From: the human T2T-CHM13v2.0 reference genome, Homo sapiens
Strand: one strand, 5' to 3'
Assembly (NCBI RefSeq): GCF_009914755.1
Contig: NC_060929.1
Length of the DNA stretch: 64,000 nt
Position numbers and translations under genes: made by a program
Shown: one piece after another, positions 14,479 through 28,495 of the stretch
Layout: each line of letters opens with the position of its first letter
Position numbering within the stretch: position 1 is the stretch's first letter
Notes under the pieces: model-generated
What the model saw: the letters and a program-made list of their open reading frames with translations, nothing else
What the model was told of the DNA's origin: nothing
Databases searched by the model: none

Positions 14479-15230
14479 TGTTTTCTCTTGCTTATAACGG
14501 TCAAGGAAACTGGGTAATTTACAAAGAATAGGAATTTATTTCTTACAGTTATGGAGGCTGGGAAGTCCAAGGTGCAGAGGGCACATCTGATGAGAGCCTT
14601 GTTGCCATGGGAACTCTCTGCAGAGTGGCACAGGGCATCACATGGCAAGAGGGCTATGCATGCTAAGGTGCTAGCTAGGATCTCTCCTCTTGTAAAGCCA
14701 CCAGTTCCCCTCCTGTGATAACCTCTTCATGTTGCTTATAAAGACATACTCAGGATTGGGCAATTTATTAAGGAAAGAGGTTTAATTGACTCACAGTTCA
14801 GCAAGGCTAGGGAGGCCTCAGGAAACACAATCATGGTGGAAGGGGAAGCAAACACATCCTTATTCACATGGTGGCAGAAAGAAGTGTTGAGCAAAAGGGA
14901 AAAAGGCTCTTATAAAACCATCAGATCTCCTGAGAACTCACTCAGTATCACAAGAACAGCAGCATGGCAGTAACCACCCCCACAATTCAATTACTTCCCA
15001 CTGGGTCCCTCCCACAACACATGGGGATTGTGGGAACTACAATTCAAGATGAGATTTGGGTGGGGACACAGCCAAACTATATCAACCTCTTAATCCATAA
15101 ATGGGTTAATCCATTTATGAGGTCACAGCCCTCATGATTTAATCCCCTCTTAACGGCCCCACATTTCAGTAATGCCACAGTGAGGCTAAGCTTCAACATC
15201 AGTTCTGAAGAGGACATTTAAACTATAGTA
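14479..15230 (-). mobile_element. MLT1A/MST-type MaLR solo LTR with nested THE1 LTR
   Basis: atttcttacagttatggaggctgggaagtccaagg...ggacatttaaactatagta; 5-bp TSD cttgc at 14474-14478 and 15231-15235. Confidence 0.85.
14726..15084 (-). mobile_element. THE1 (C/D-like) solo LTR
   Basis: gaggtttaattgactcacagttc...gagatttgggtggggacacagccaaactatatca; TSD acctc at 14721-14725 and 15085-15089. Confidence 0.92.
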
Positions 15231-15932
15231 CTTGCTTACAACAGTTGCCTTAAACTGGACTGTGATAATTCTGTGCTTATTCTCAGGATGCACGGAAGTT
15301 TGGTACTGACTTTTGGCCAAGACAGGATAAGATAAGCAAGCAACTGATTCATGATATGCTGTTTAAAGTTCTAAACACCCCGGGTGGCATCCTGAGTCAT
15401 TTTGTTTATACTGTTTAGGATCCTGTAGATACATGCCTTATGTCTGGTTTAACCAGTTACATAGACTAACTTGGCTACATAACCTCACATAAATGATCTC
15501 TTTGGAAACTTTTGCAAAGTTACTCTAAAACCAAATATTTTGCACATATCTTGATGTTTCAAAATCTGACCAAGATTTTGACTTTTGTTTCTGTTTTGTT
15601 TTCAGTAATTGTAATGCAAAGGATGTGTCCCTTATATCTAGAAGTCCCTGCTGCCAGTGAAAATTGTGGACAGTAATGAAGAAATACAATTTTAAAGGTC
15701 ACATTTATTAATTATCCTGTTATATGGGACAAGACCAAATAAGCTGAGTTCTGTGGGATGGGAAGTTACCTTCCTGCCAATACTAGCATAAAATTTTGCC
15801 CAGATACTTTAAGAAAACTAAGTGAAACAAACAAAAACCAAAAATGCAAACACAAAACCTTGATCTTTCAACTCTCCTCATAGACACCTCATACTCCAAC
15901 CACACATCACTGGGGAAAATAGCTAACTCAGG

Positions 15933-16230
15933 GGTGGGGCGCGGTAGCTTATGCCTGCAATCCCAGCACTTTGGGAGGCCGAGGCGGGCAGATCACCTGA
16001 GGTCGGGAGTTTGAGACCAGCCTGACCAACATGGAAAAACCCTGCCTCTACTAAAAAAATACAAAATTAGCCTGACGTGGTGGCTTGTGCCTGTAATTCC
16101 AGCTACTCATGAGGCTGAGGCAGGAGAATCGCTTGAACCTGGGAGGCGGGGGTTTTGGTGAGCTGAGATCACGCCACTGCACTCCAGTCTGGGCAACAGA
16201 GTGAGACTCCATCTCAAAAAAAAAAAAAAA
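15933..16230 (+). mobile_element. AluS
   Basis: Full Alu with A tail; TSD agctaactcagg on both sides. Confidence 0.96.
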
Positions 16231-17073
16231 AGCTAACTCAGGAATCTCATGAGGCTCCAGAGGGCAAGGAGAATATATCAGGATTATACTAGACAAATAT
16301 TTCAAAGGGCTAAGACTGTTTAAAGGCAGATACTTCAATTGAGGCTGTGAACCTGAATAAATGGATGCAAAATCTATAGCACATGTTGTTGGAAATTGAC
16401 TGAGACATGGAAGTGGGAAGGTGATGGCAGGAAGATAACAGATGATGCATGATACACAAGCATACTTTCTAAAACATATGCCTCCAAGAGACAATTAAAT
16501 CCCATTTAAGTGACAATTAAGTAATGCTAATTACATCAGTGTTATTTAAAGTTTACATGAGATAATGTTTGCAAAGTCTTAGCTCAGTTTATATTATATA
16601 ACATACATTCAATAAATTAGAGTGTGATTAAAACTGCTCTTTGGTTATGTTTACATTAAATTCAGCCTATGAAATTTGATTATTATATTTCTAATTATTC
16701 TAATTCACAACAATTGCATTCTCTCATTCTTATTGATCATATCTACCATGTTTCCTGTTATTTTTGCTTTGCTCATGATTATTTTTAGTCCATATTATGG
16801 TACATTTTTTTCTTCTCATTCACTAATTCATGTTTTTGGATTTGATTTTTCCTCTGTAAATGCTGCTCTTTACTTCCTCCAATGTAATCACATTTTTTAT
16901 TTCTTTAGATTCTTGCTATATCTCACTGATTTTCCATTTCCTATCTTTTTTTTTTTACTTTATATCTATCTTTTATTTTATTTTTATCCTTGACTCTTTT
17001 CTATAAAGACAGTTCTATTTTGAGGAAAATCAAATGGCTTTCCAAAATATCTTGTCTCTAAAAAGGATAACTT

Positions 17074-17390
17074 GGCTGGGCAGAATCTCATGCCTGTAAT
17101 CCCAGCACTTTGGGAGGCTGGGGCAAGAGGATCGCTTGAGTCCAGGAGTTTCAGATCAGCCTGGAAAACATAGAAGACCCCGTTTCCCCCCAAACTTTTA
17201 AAAACATTAGCTGGGCATAGTGGCACATGCCTGTAGTTCCAGCTACTCAGGAGCCTGAGACAGGAGGATTGCTTGAGCTCAGGAAGTCAAGACTGCAGTC
17301 AGCCATGATCCTGCCACTGCACTCCAGCCTGACAGAGTGAGACACTGTCTCACAAAATAAATAGATAAATAAATAAAACAAAATAAAAAG
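17074..17390 (+). mobile_element. AluJ
   Basis: ggatcgcttgagtccaggagttt...ggaggattgcttgagctcagg (J-type diagnostics). Confidence 0.93.
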
Positions 17391-18439
17391 ATAATTTATT
17401 ATTAGCTGTTCCTTTGAAATTATTGCATACTTGCATATTCAAATATATCAGTATTTTTAAATCCTGATTTCTCTGTTTTTTCTTTTACTTATATTTCCAA
17501 AAATATGCATTTCAGCTCCATTTCCAACACCGACAGGAAGCTAATCTCATGTAATCTTACTTTCTCTTCTTAACTTATACTATTTAATAGTGAAACAAAA
17601 TTATATGAGAATAAAGCTAAAATTATAATAAAACTTAAATCTTTGATATACACTATTAGTAGAACTCTGAGTGAAACTATCATCCAGGAGGGTTGGATGT
17701 TGGATGTCCCCTTAAAACATTTCTCTTATTTGTACTCCAGTGTGTTTTAGAGTTGCCATCTCATGTTTTATACAGAAAATTTCAGAAATAGAAGTCTGTT
17801 GGTTTTACATTTTTACTTTTTTTTTAGCTAATATGGGGAGGAGTTGTATAATTCTACTCCAATTGTCCTCTTAAACCCGAATTACCCTTCTGTTATTTAT
17901 GTTTCCTTGCTTTTTTTTTTTCCCTCACCTGAACCAATTGCATGACTAATATCCAATGGCTACTGAGAAATGAACAGTCAAATGTGGTTTTCAATATGTT
18001 CTTACAAGCTTTAACTCAAGAATTGTTTTATTTTTTCATTAAAATAATGCATATCATTTATTGCATGCATATCAAAAAGGAAACATTTTTTCAAAAAGGC
18101 TAATCTTCATTTAAATAAATAATTCATTAGAAAATAAAAGTTTCTTTATTGATATACATCTGGCTATTACCTTTTACTTCTTAATTGCTTTATGTTTATA
18201 AATATGTGGTAATGTTGCTAATGAATTGCAATAGTTATTTTATTTAGTTCCAATGTTTTATGTCACTATTTTAAAATCAGCATTTAGACTTGCTCCTCAA
18301 ATAGCTTAAGAATCAGTTACCTAATCAAACAAATTTTCAAGTTCACAATAAAAAAGTGCATATGGTCATATCACATTTTCTTATATTATTGATTATTCTA
18401 ATTTTTTATAAGAAATACTCTGCTGGGGAAGAGTTTAGA

Positions 18440-21400
18440 TCAAAAACTCTGAATTAAAAAGTGTCAATGATAATAGCGGAAACCTGGAAAGAGAAAGGGC
18501 TAAGTCAAATAAAGAATATGAAAGATTTATGCCTTATGGTAATGAGAAAGCAGATAATCAGCAGGCTTGCTATCCATTCTTTTCCGTCACTGGGGGAACA
18601 GGCTTTAGGAAGAAAGAAGGTAGGTGACTTTGGTATAATCTCCTTGCAAGTGGATTATTTAACAAACAAACTAAGAGAAAATGAAGAAGAAAATCTTGAG
18701 TCATGTAATTCTTTAACAGGAGATTCATGGCTTAGGATTGCTATTTTAAATTTCCTAGACACTATGAGTAATGGGATATGGCTTTCTGTATAATGTTACA
18801 TAAGCTACATAATGATCTGAGTAAAAAATTGAGATGTTTGATAACTTGAAAGTTTCTAGCTGTGTGAAAGAGACAATCACACCTCTCTCTTAGAAGCCTT
18901 ATATTTTGAGCTGGCCTAGAGGGAATTCTCAATGCAGGAAGGAAGATGTGGTGACTTACATTGAATATCCCAGATTCCTTCCTGATTCCTCTGCATTCTT
19001 GATTGTTTGTATGCTTGAGTTTAATAGCAAAGCTTGATATTGAGCCATGTTTCTGATTAATTTAAGTCTTATTTATAAACACTCTTTTGCTCAGACTGAT
19101 GCTATTGGGCAGGATTGTATTGAAACCCACTAATTATCGTAACTAACGTACCCATTTAGAAGAAAAAAAAGGAGAGGATAAGTATGATAAAGATTTAATG
19201 CCAAGAAGTGAGGCTATGTATATTTGCTAGTAAGTGGCAAGTTTTGAAGCAGATGATGAAATGTCTCACCAACCGAATTTAAAGGTAATAGCTTTAAAGC
19301 TTTATAAATAGGTTAAGGGAATTAAACAGTGAAGAAAGTAATTTTTAAAAGGCAGCAAAAATCTTATTCTCTAGCAGTTATTCTCATCGCTGGTACAAGC
19401 CTCACTTTTCAAAGAGAAAAAATTGGTAGCAGGCCTTCTCATGATTCTGTGGCTACTTGGGAAGATGTCCTATTTACTCACAAAGTAATAAAAGAACAAG
19501 AATTGCCTGAAAAACTGAATAAGTAGCTGTAGGTCAAAAATAAATGACTACCGAATCCTCAGCTTATTCTATCAAGCAGTGAGAAAACTCTAGATAAATA
19601 CCATCAGGAGTCAGGCAAACCCTCACTGTTTAAATTAAAATTAACAGTGGTGAGATGGTGTCAGGGATGAACGCTTGAATGCAAAGTGTGCTAAAGAGAT
19701 TTTTCAGTGATTGTATAACTTTTACCTGATACATAATTGTTATGGATATTATTATGTATGAAGATGACCTGCTGACTTTACTTTTTTCACAGGAGTGTTT
19801 GACTATATCTGCCATTCAACCAGATTTAATGGCAATTTTTGAATTGTCCTAGTCCTCTTTGGTGGAAAACATTAAGCAATGTAGAATTTAGGGAATTCAG
19901 CAATATACCACTCCTAAGCTTAAGGAAATGATCATGCTGAGAAATTTGTTTACACAAATTCCCTTTTAAACAATTTTTCATGGCTAGTAAGCTAAATTTC
20001 TATTCATAGAAAGAAATATAAATGTGAATGAAGTCCTGAAAAAAGTAACCATTAAAACTGTTACAGAGGGTGGTGGCCCAAGCAGTCCCACGAGACTCTT
20101 ATAATCCAACTGTTCAATGATGTTAGAATATGTGCATCCAAAACATACAGTCCGCAGTTTTGACAGAACTCAATTATGGCTACTTAGCAGAGACCTCTTG
20201 AGTTTTTGACACCAAAGGTTGCCTAAGGAAGCTTTATGTATAGCTTATTCAAAAGTAAATTGCTAATACTAGTCAAAAACACTTTCATCATGAAAGGACA
20301 TGAGATATTTATGAACCTAGAAAATAGACTCTGCTATGGGTAATGACAAATAAGCATTGAAATAAGGAAAGAGCAGCACCGTGAAGCTCTATTACGAAGA
20401 AATGCTGTTTTAGAGAGCATGGCATGAGGGAGAATTTCAGATGTGCACACCACATAGGCACATCTATGAGCAAGTTGTTTTATTGGCCAAAAGCTGAAGG
20501 TAGAGTCTTCCAAGAATCTCTAGCCTCCATCACTGTGTGGCACAAATCTTTCGATCTCCTCCTGGCCAAGACACAGCAGGCTGCCTGGTTCACTCATGGG
20601 ATCTCCAAGATGTAGGGTTGCCTTGCTCTTTGGCAATTAGAATAAATACTATTTATGGATGATAAAACTGTAATTGAAAAAAGTAAAGGAAATTTTGAAC
20701 ACCGAGAGTCGAAACTTCTCCATTTATTGGTGGAAGAGAAATTGGTCCCCACCTTCAGGGAAGTGCTTGGATATTCACAGACTTTTAGGCTATAGCCTTG
20801 CTCTGTGGTCAGACAAATCAAAGGGAGACTTAATTTATTCTTAAAGTCCAAACAGTCTACATGTATCCTTAATGTAGATTGTTTATGAATGCCAAACAAG
20901 GAAACAGCAAGAACAACAACACGGAGATGACAGTTCATAAAGGAAATGAAATGCTAAGGCAGTGCCTCAGGCAGGCTAGAGCTGTTTGGGTTCCTAAAAG
21001 AAAACAATATTTGCGGCTTAGCCAATTACTGATGGGCCGAGAGATGAAACATTTTTCTAGAATTCAACAAAATATTCAATGTGCCCAGAAACTCACCCAA
21101 TATCAACAGAAGAAACATTTCTTGAAAATATCTGTGGTTACAAGTCCCCAAAGACTGGGATGGCACATAGCACATATCACACAGCCTCTACTGCTAACTC
21201 TATGGGTTACGAATATGCAACATGTGGCACTACCACTAGTTCTTATGTCACCTTTCCTGATCATGTAACAGATGTAACATGAGAGAATGCATTTACAAGT
21301 TTAGAACAGCAAATTCCCTGTCAATGTGGCCTACATGTATATATGTTTTCTACTGAAGATACAGGTTCCTGTTATTAATATATGGAAAGAATCAAGGAAA

Positions 21401-23100
21401 CATACATTTGATGAACATACCACAGTGCTTATTATAGTCAGAGAAGTGTGTTAATCAATAGGCAATTGAAACACTTGCTATTGACAATGGGTGACAAAAA
21501 AGGCTATATCTATGGATTGGCTTAATTGTTTAAGTGAACACGACCTAAGTTTGAGAATGAGAGGACAGACGGTGCAATCTTCACTGGAATGATTTCTTAG
21601 AATCTAGAGGCAGGAATGATGGGGTGGGAGAACGCTATTAACCAATGCTCCATTTTTCCATCTAACAATATTTTTTCATTCTTTCTTATCCACTGGTGCC
21701 AGACTTGCCTTAAATACATTCTTTTGAAATTGTGTATACTTAAAGAATGTCTTATACCTAGTACTGATGTCATTGAATTTACCAGTTCATATTTCTAGGC
21801 TTAGGGTTAGGATTAGCAATTTACCAGTGCATATTTATGACTCATATTGAAATGAGGCATACATTTGACCCTTTTGGCTTAACAAGGGCTACCAGTAAAT
21901 GCAGCTCCATTACCAAGCAACGAGGTTTGTCTTTTATTCTCTAGATGTCAAATTTCTCATCAGCTTGGAGTGGAGGTGAGAAGGGGCACTGATAGGTGTT
22001 AGTAAGGTGGCCCTTATTACCAGATTTGTGGGCGATTGATATAGCTGCTGAGTTTAAAGCCAACTTTAGGTGGAAGAAAATGTAATAAGTTGAAATGGGA
22101 GATACAACAAATGGAAAAGATACTTGTAAAAGGATTAATATTCCAAGGAAGGCTGCATCTACAAATTAAACCATGAGCATGTCAGCACAAGACAACAAAA
22201 CTCTTAGTTATTCTCTCAGATCTGACAATGACCAATGGAAAGTTGTAGGAGAAACTTCAGGACTTGTTATTCTCACAGAAGAAACATTGAACTCATGTTC
22301 ATCATGCCACAGCAACAACATATATGATGACTTGATCACCACTGGCCCCATTTTTCTAAATATTCTTTGGGTATGTTTTAGGAACTCATCTTGGATACTG
22401 AGTAGGACTGAAATAACATTCCTAGAAGGTTGTCAGCATGATGAAAAAGTCTTGCTTGTTAACACAAATAAGGACATAAGTAAGTATCTCTTTTGTAGGA
22501 GACTTCCCATGGCTGGAAATAGGTCATGAGAGAAAACAAAACTCTATTTGTATAAATTAATTTATAAGAACTTTAGCAGAGGTCTCAAAAATGGTGGAAA
22601 ACAACTTATTCATTAAAAAGAAAGGTTATGAGATATCATAATCACTGATGTCTTTATGGTTAGTGACTGTGTGGCTTAGAGAGCCAAAGGAATTTCAAAT
22701 GTTTGAATAACTATGTTAAACTTAAGTGTAGTGGGACATCAGAGTGAATTGGGGCTTTAATCATTTTTTTCTAATGGTTTGGATATCCCACATAAAAAGG
22801 GGTTTTCTTCCCCATCATGCAACTGGGTTTCAGTGATAGAGAGGCAAAACTGTTATTGCTACTGGGTATAGAAGGATTAAGTAAGACACTCACACTGGAA
22901 GCTAGTGTTCTACAATGTTTCCTGTGACAAGTGGAATATTGTTATGTCCACAAACAAAATGAATTTCATAATTCACAGAATGATGTCCTTTGGTCAGTAT
23001 CTCAGTGCGTGGAAGTGTATGGGACATGGAAAAATACTACATTTATCCCTCTGACAAAGGTATATGATGAACAAAGCATTTGATAATTCATTTATAGTAT
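18440..23100 (+). mobile_element. Highly decayed class III (ERVL-like) endogenous retrovirus internal region: gag-pro-(deleted RT)-RNaseH-IN and possible env
   Basis: Colinear degenerate motifs: LP(E)YIIVMDII 19722-19753 (protease end), IKQCRI*G 19871-19894, E*SPE 20026, VVAQAVP 20070, QRPLEF 20188, AWFTHG 20583, WIFTD 20768, WHIAHI 21161, *TYHSAY 21412. These match ERV-L pol order (ECIIGIDIL, QKQYRIPGG, EWGPE, RPLGFW, AWFTDG, YTDS, WQVDYI, WSYHVP). Outer boundaries uncertain. Confidence 0.8.
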
Positions 23101-23720
23101 TTAAATTAAAACCAGATTATGTAAATGATAATTTCTCAAGATGAAAAAATATTTTATGTTCTGAATAGAAGTCACCACTTGCTAAAATGCCTCTAGAAAC
23201 TTTCCAGAGAAGGAAGTAAAGTTGGTCTCATAAAAATTAATGCTGACATTCTTCTGACTTTTTGATATCTTTTACAATCACATCAGTTCCTGCTGCATCA
23301 GTGACGATTTTTAATAAAAATAAAAAATGAAATATTTTGTATAAAAATTACACATTCCATAAATACTGACATCAACATACATAGAAAAAGAGATCAAATA
23401 ACTATGGTAGGTAGGGGAATAAAGATAATTACACTGATAAAATAATATTAAAACAAATCTGGAGTAACATTATGTTTAACAAATTTTGTGAAGAAAAATC
23501 TTGTTAAAATTATATGAGTAAAATCCAATTTGTTGTTAGGATGTCAGATTACTCTTTATAGAAAACATGGCACAGAGTATAAGGCAGAATATAGAGATGT
23601 AATTTAAAAATATATAGTAGAGATACTGACTAAGCAAGAGGGTAGACTGAGAAGTTAAACAGTTGTTATCTTGTGCATTTTTTTGCATTGCTGGGGAGAC
23701 ACTCCTTGGAATAATAAAAG

Positions 23721-24038
<318 letters not shown>

Positions 24039-24649
24039 CTAATCTCCTCGTAACCATGCTCAGAATAGATGTCCTAAAAACAAACTAATGGTATTTAGTA
24101 GGAGGAGAATACTTACCTTTAGATGCTTTAGTGGAATGTCCCCACTTTAGGGTTGCTTTTGATAATTAAATCAAGAATCTGTGATTAATTTGGCATACTC
24201 CCTGGAAAACGTCGCATAAGCTATATAAGTATAAAATGGAGATGTTTCATAACCTAAATATATTTTCTAAAGCAAGTGACTGCCCATCTTACTTGGGGAC
24301 CTGTTCTTTACATGCCAGTGGAGAGTACATTCTACAGAGATCTGGGGAGCCACACAGAATATTCTGAGTTTTTTCCTATATATTTTTCTCTGGATTGTAT
24401 ATCCTTGAAATCATTAAGTAAGTTTTATGTTGGGTAGTATCTCTGATCCAAGTGAGTCTGATTTAACAATAGTTACTCACTTGTCTTAGCGTAGAAGGAA
24501 AGGACAGTTATTTATAATTTAATCAGAGATATCCTCAGGTTGTTTTCACAGATTTCTCTTTTCTTGGCACAAATGTGCCCATAACACTTTCTTCTTCAAC
24601 ATGTATGCTATGGCTCACATGTTTGTCCCCTTTCAACACTCATGTTAAA

Positions 24650-24981
24650 ATTTATTTTATTTTATTTTATTTTATTTTATTTTATTTTATTTTATTTTAT
24701 TTTATTTTATTTTATTTTATGACAGAGTATTGCTCTGTTGCCCAGGCTGGAGTGCAGTGGCGCGATGTTGGCTCACTGCAACCTCCGCCTCTCGGGTTCA
24801 AGCCTCCCTAGTGGCTGAGATGACAGGTGCCTGTCACCACACCTGGCTAATTTTTGTATTTTTAGTAGAGACGGGGTTTCACCTTGCTGGCCAGGCTGGT
24901 TTCGAATTACTAACCTCAAGTGATCTGCCTGCCTTGGCCTCCTAAAGTGCTGGGATCACAGGCGTGAGCCACCGCGCCCAG
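24650..24981 (-). mobile_element. AluS with (TTTTA)n tail
   Basis: Antisense Alu; ~14 TTTTA units at 24650-24720; TSD actcatgtt(a/g)aaat. Confidence 0.95.
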
Positions 24982-25052
24982 ACTCATGTTGAAATTTAAT
25001 TAACTCAATGTGGCAGTATTGAGAGGGAGGTCCCTTAAGAGGTGATTGGGTC

Positions 25053-25404
<352 letters not shown>

Positions 25405-27060
25405 TCATGAGGGCTTGGTCCTCATGAAAAGATGAAAAGTAGTCCTCATGAATAGATGAATCCACTCATGGATTAATGGATTAATGGGTTAATGGACAAA
25501 TGGTGTATCATGGGATTGATACTGGAGGCTTTATAAGAAAAGGAAGAGAGACCTGAGCTCGGGCTGGGAATCTTGCTGGTTATAAGAATAATTTTCACTG
25601 AGTTAAACCAAAAATGTTTCTATTCCAAAAAAAAAAAAAAAAAGCAGTTTAAAGAGAATACAGTCAAAGTTGAAAAGTGAGTCAATTTTAAAACAGTAAG
25701 AAAATTAAAGAATTTCATAATTAGGGAGGATGTTATATAATTGATATTCTACGCAGTAGCAGCATAAAGCACGCTGCCTGCTGTAGTTTCTTCACATTAA
25801 CTTCAGCGTATCCTACTGAAGGTTTTATCATTCTGGAACATTTTTCTCTATCTTTTATTGTAAAATATTAAAGTTCATATTTAGCAATATATCAAACACT
25901 CTTCTTTAGAAAACCTAATGAGCCAACCATTTGACACATACAGATTATACTCTAATTTTGATTTAATTATTATTTAGTGGATTGAAAATATAACTATTAT
26001 TCTATTAAATATTTCTCTATTGTGCTACAAAAATATTTTCTAAAAACAAACTAAAACTTAGGCACTTGTACACTACAATTGTAATCATAATGCATTTTCT
26101 CCTAGACATTACCATAGATATTGCTTTAGTGAATTTGTTATTATACCAAAATAAAAATCCATATTCTCGTTTTCTATTTACACTTTCTCCCTAAGTCGTT
26201 TAACCAGTCAAATGACAAGACAACCATGGGTAATGGCTCTCACAACCACATCTCTATCCTGACTGTTCAACTGATTTTTTTGAATCCAATATTTAAATGC
26301 CTGCCTTGCATTCCCAACAATGTCAAATGAGCCATTTAAAATTTTATATGGAAAATTATCTATTTCTCTCCAAGTCTTCCACTACACATGCCTATACCTT
26401 TTGTTTCCTCTCTCTCATCCCTTCATTCCACCCATCAGAAAGTTCTGTATCTTAATCTCTTCTTCTAACATTTAAGTGCAAGCCACCACTGTTGACCACC
26501 TGAATTATTTCAATGGCTTCCTAAAAACCAGGCTCCCTAAGCCTCTCTCTCCTTTAGAATCCATGTTCCACAAAACAACCAGAATGATCCTTTTCAAAAT
26601 ATGAATCAGTTTTTAGAATTACTTGCTTAAAATGCACCCATAGCTTTTCTGTATACTATATGAAACATAAAACACACACACACACATAGATCAAAAAAAT
26701 AAGTGAATAAATAAAAAACAGAAGATTACCATGGATTCCAAAAACTTACATGAGTTTGGCTATTATCTACCTTTCCAAACTTACCTGGTCATTATTTCTC
26801 TGCTCGGTCATTAAACTACATCCATAATGGCTTTTGTTCTTTACCATGTATCTCAATGTAATTTGGTACAACTTCTTTAATTCAGAGTGACAGCTGGATT
26901 ACCAGGTCTCTGTTGGAATTTTATCATGAAAGGTATTTAAATAAAGATTTTTCTGACTATTTAATGTTCATTTCTTTCTGTAAGTGTATAAATTTCAACT
27001 ACCAACAATGCTTCCCATGCTTCCTTCATTTGTGATTGTCAATTTTAATATTAATCCTAA

Positions 27061-27436
<376 letters not shown>

Positions 27437-27638
27437 CTGTAACAGCCTTTTTTTTATTCTTGAAAAAAAACAAATTACCACCATTTGGTTTTAAGAACTC
27501 CCCTATTGTGGTGAAGATAATGGTAGAAATTAAAGTGTAAAAATATAAACTAAAATAAATCTAACAAAATTGCAAAATATTAAATGCAGACTGTGTCACG
27601 TATGTCATCATAAGATTCAACATAAATAATTTATAGTG

Positions 27639-27793
27639 GGCCAGGTGTGGTGGCTTATACCTGTAATCCCCACAATTTAGGAGAGTCTGAGGTGGGAGGA
27701 CTGCTTCAGCCTGGGATGTTGAGGCTGTATTGGCCTGTGGTTGTACCACTACACACCAGCCTGGCAACAGAATGAGAACATTACTCAAAAAAA
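27639..27793 (+). mobile_element. Alu monomer (FAM/FRAM-like)
   Basis: Single ~155-bp arm ggccaggtgtggtggc...cagcctggcaacagaatgaga with A tail. Confidence 0.8.
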
Positions 27794-28034
27794 GTTAAAT
27801 TTAAAAAATTTTTCATAGATTGTTTGGATGTCATCCTAATAAGCTGTTACTCACTGTAACTTAAAACCAAGAATCTCCATATACTATTTCTCAACTCTTC
27901 TTTTCCAGTTTTCTTTTCAAATATTGGACCCCACTATCTGAAATGTTTTATCTCCTCTTCTTTCATAAATTTCTGGTATTTCAAGGAAATGTTAAATGTA
28001 GCAATCATGAGAATCCCTTATTTATGTCCTGGAT

Positions 28035-28323
28035 AAATTTCCTACTGGTTCTGTAACAAGCAACCACAACCTTTGTGTCCTAAGGCAACATAAGTGTGTT
28101 ATCTTGCAATCCTCCTGGTCTGACAAGTGTAAATAAATTAAAATCAAGTTATCAGCAGGGCCACATTCCTTTCCTCAGGGCTCAAGGGGAGAATTCATTT
28201 CCATGCCTTTTTAAGTTTTTTGGGGCTGCCTGAATTCCTTGGCTCGTAGCCCCATTCTAAAACCAGCAAGGGCAGGTCCAGTAATTTTCACGTGATATCT
28301 CTCAGATGTTTCTGTTGTGGCAG

Positions 28324-28368
<45 letters not shown>

Positions 28369-28495
28369 TTCTCATTATTTCAATTTCAGCTGACTACCAA
28401 TATCAATTCCCTTTTGTTATAAATGGCACTAGAGACACAGATTCCGGGATTTAGGACATGGGCGTATTTAGGAGCCATCATTCATCTTATCACAT
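28035..28495 (-). mobile_element. MLT1-type MaLR LTR with internal (TC)n(TG)n
   Basis: aaaatcaagttatcagcagggccacattcc...ttccttggctcgtagcccc...gggatttaggacatggg; microsatellite at ~28326-28368. Confidence 0.75.

Noticed and set aside
16676-16993. 105-aa hydrophobic ORF resembling a membrane protein
   Set aside because: Product of T-rich low-complexity DNA with a non-ATG start.
24117-24201. Possible 85-nt cryptic exon on the CDH9 strand (ttttccag ... AAG|GTAAGT)
   Set aside because: Short pyrimidine tract, frame-shifting length and no cadherin similarity; such pseudo-exons are common in long introns.
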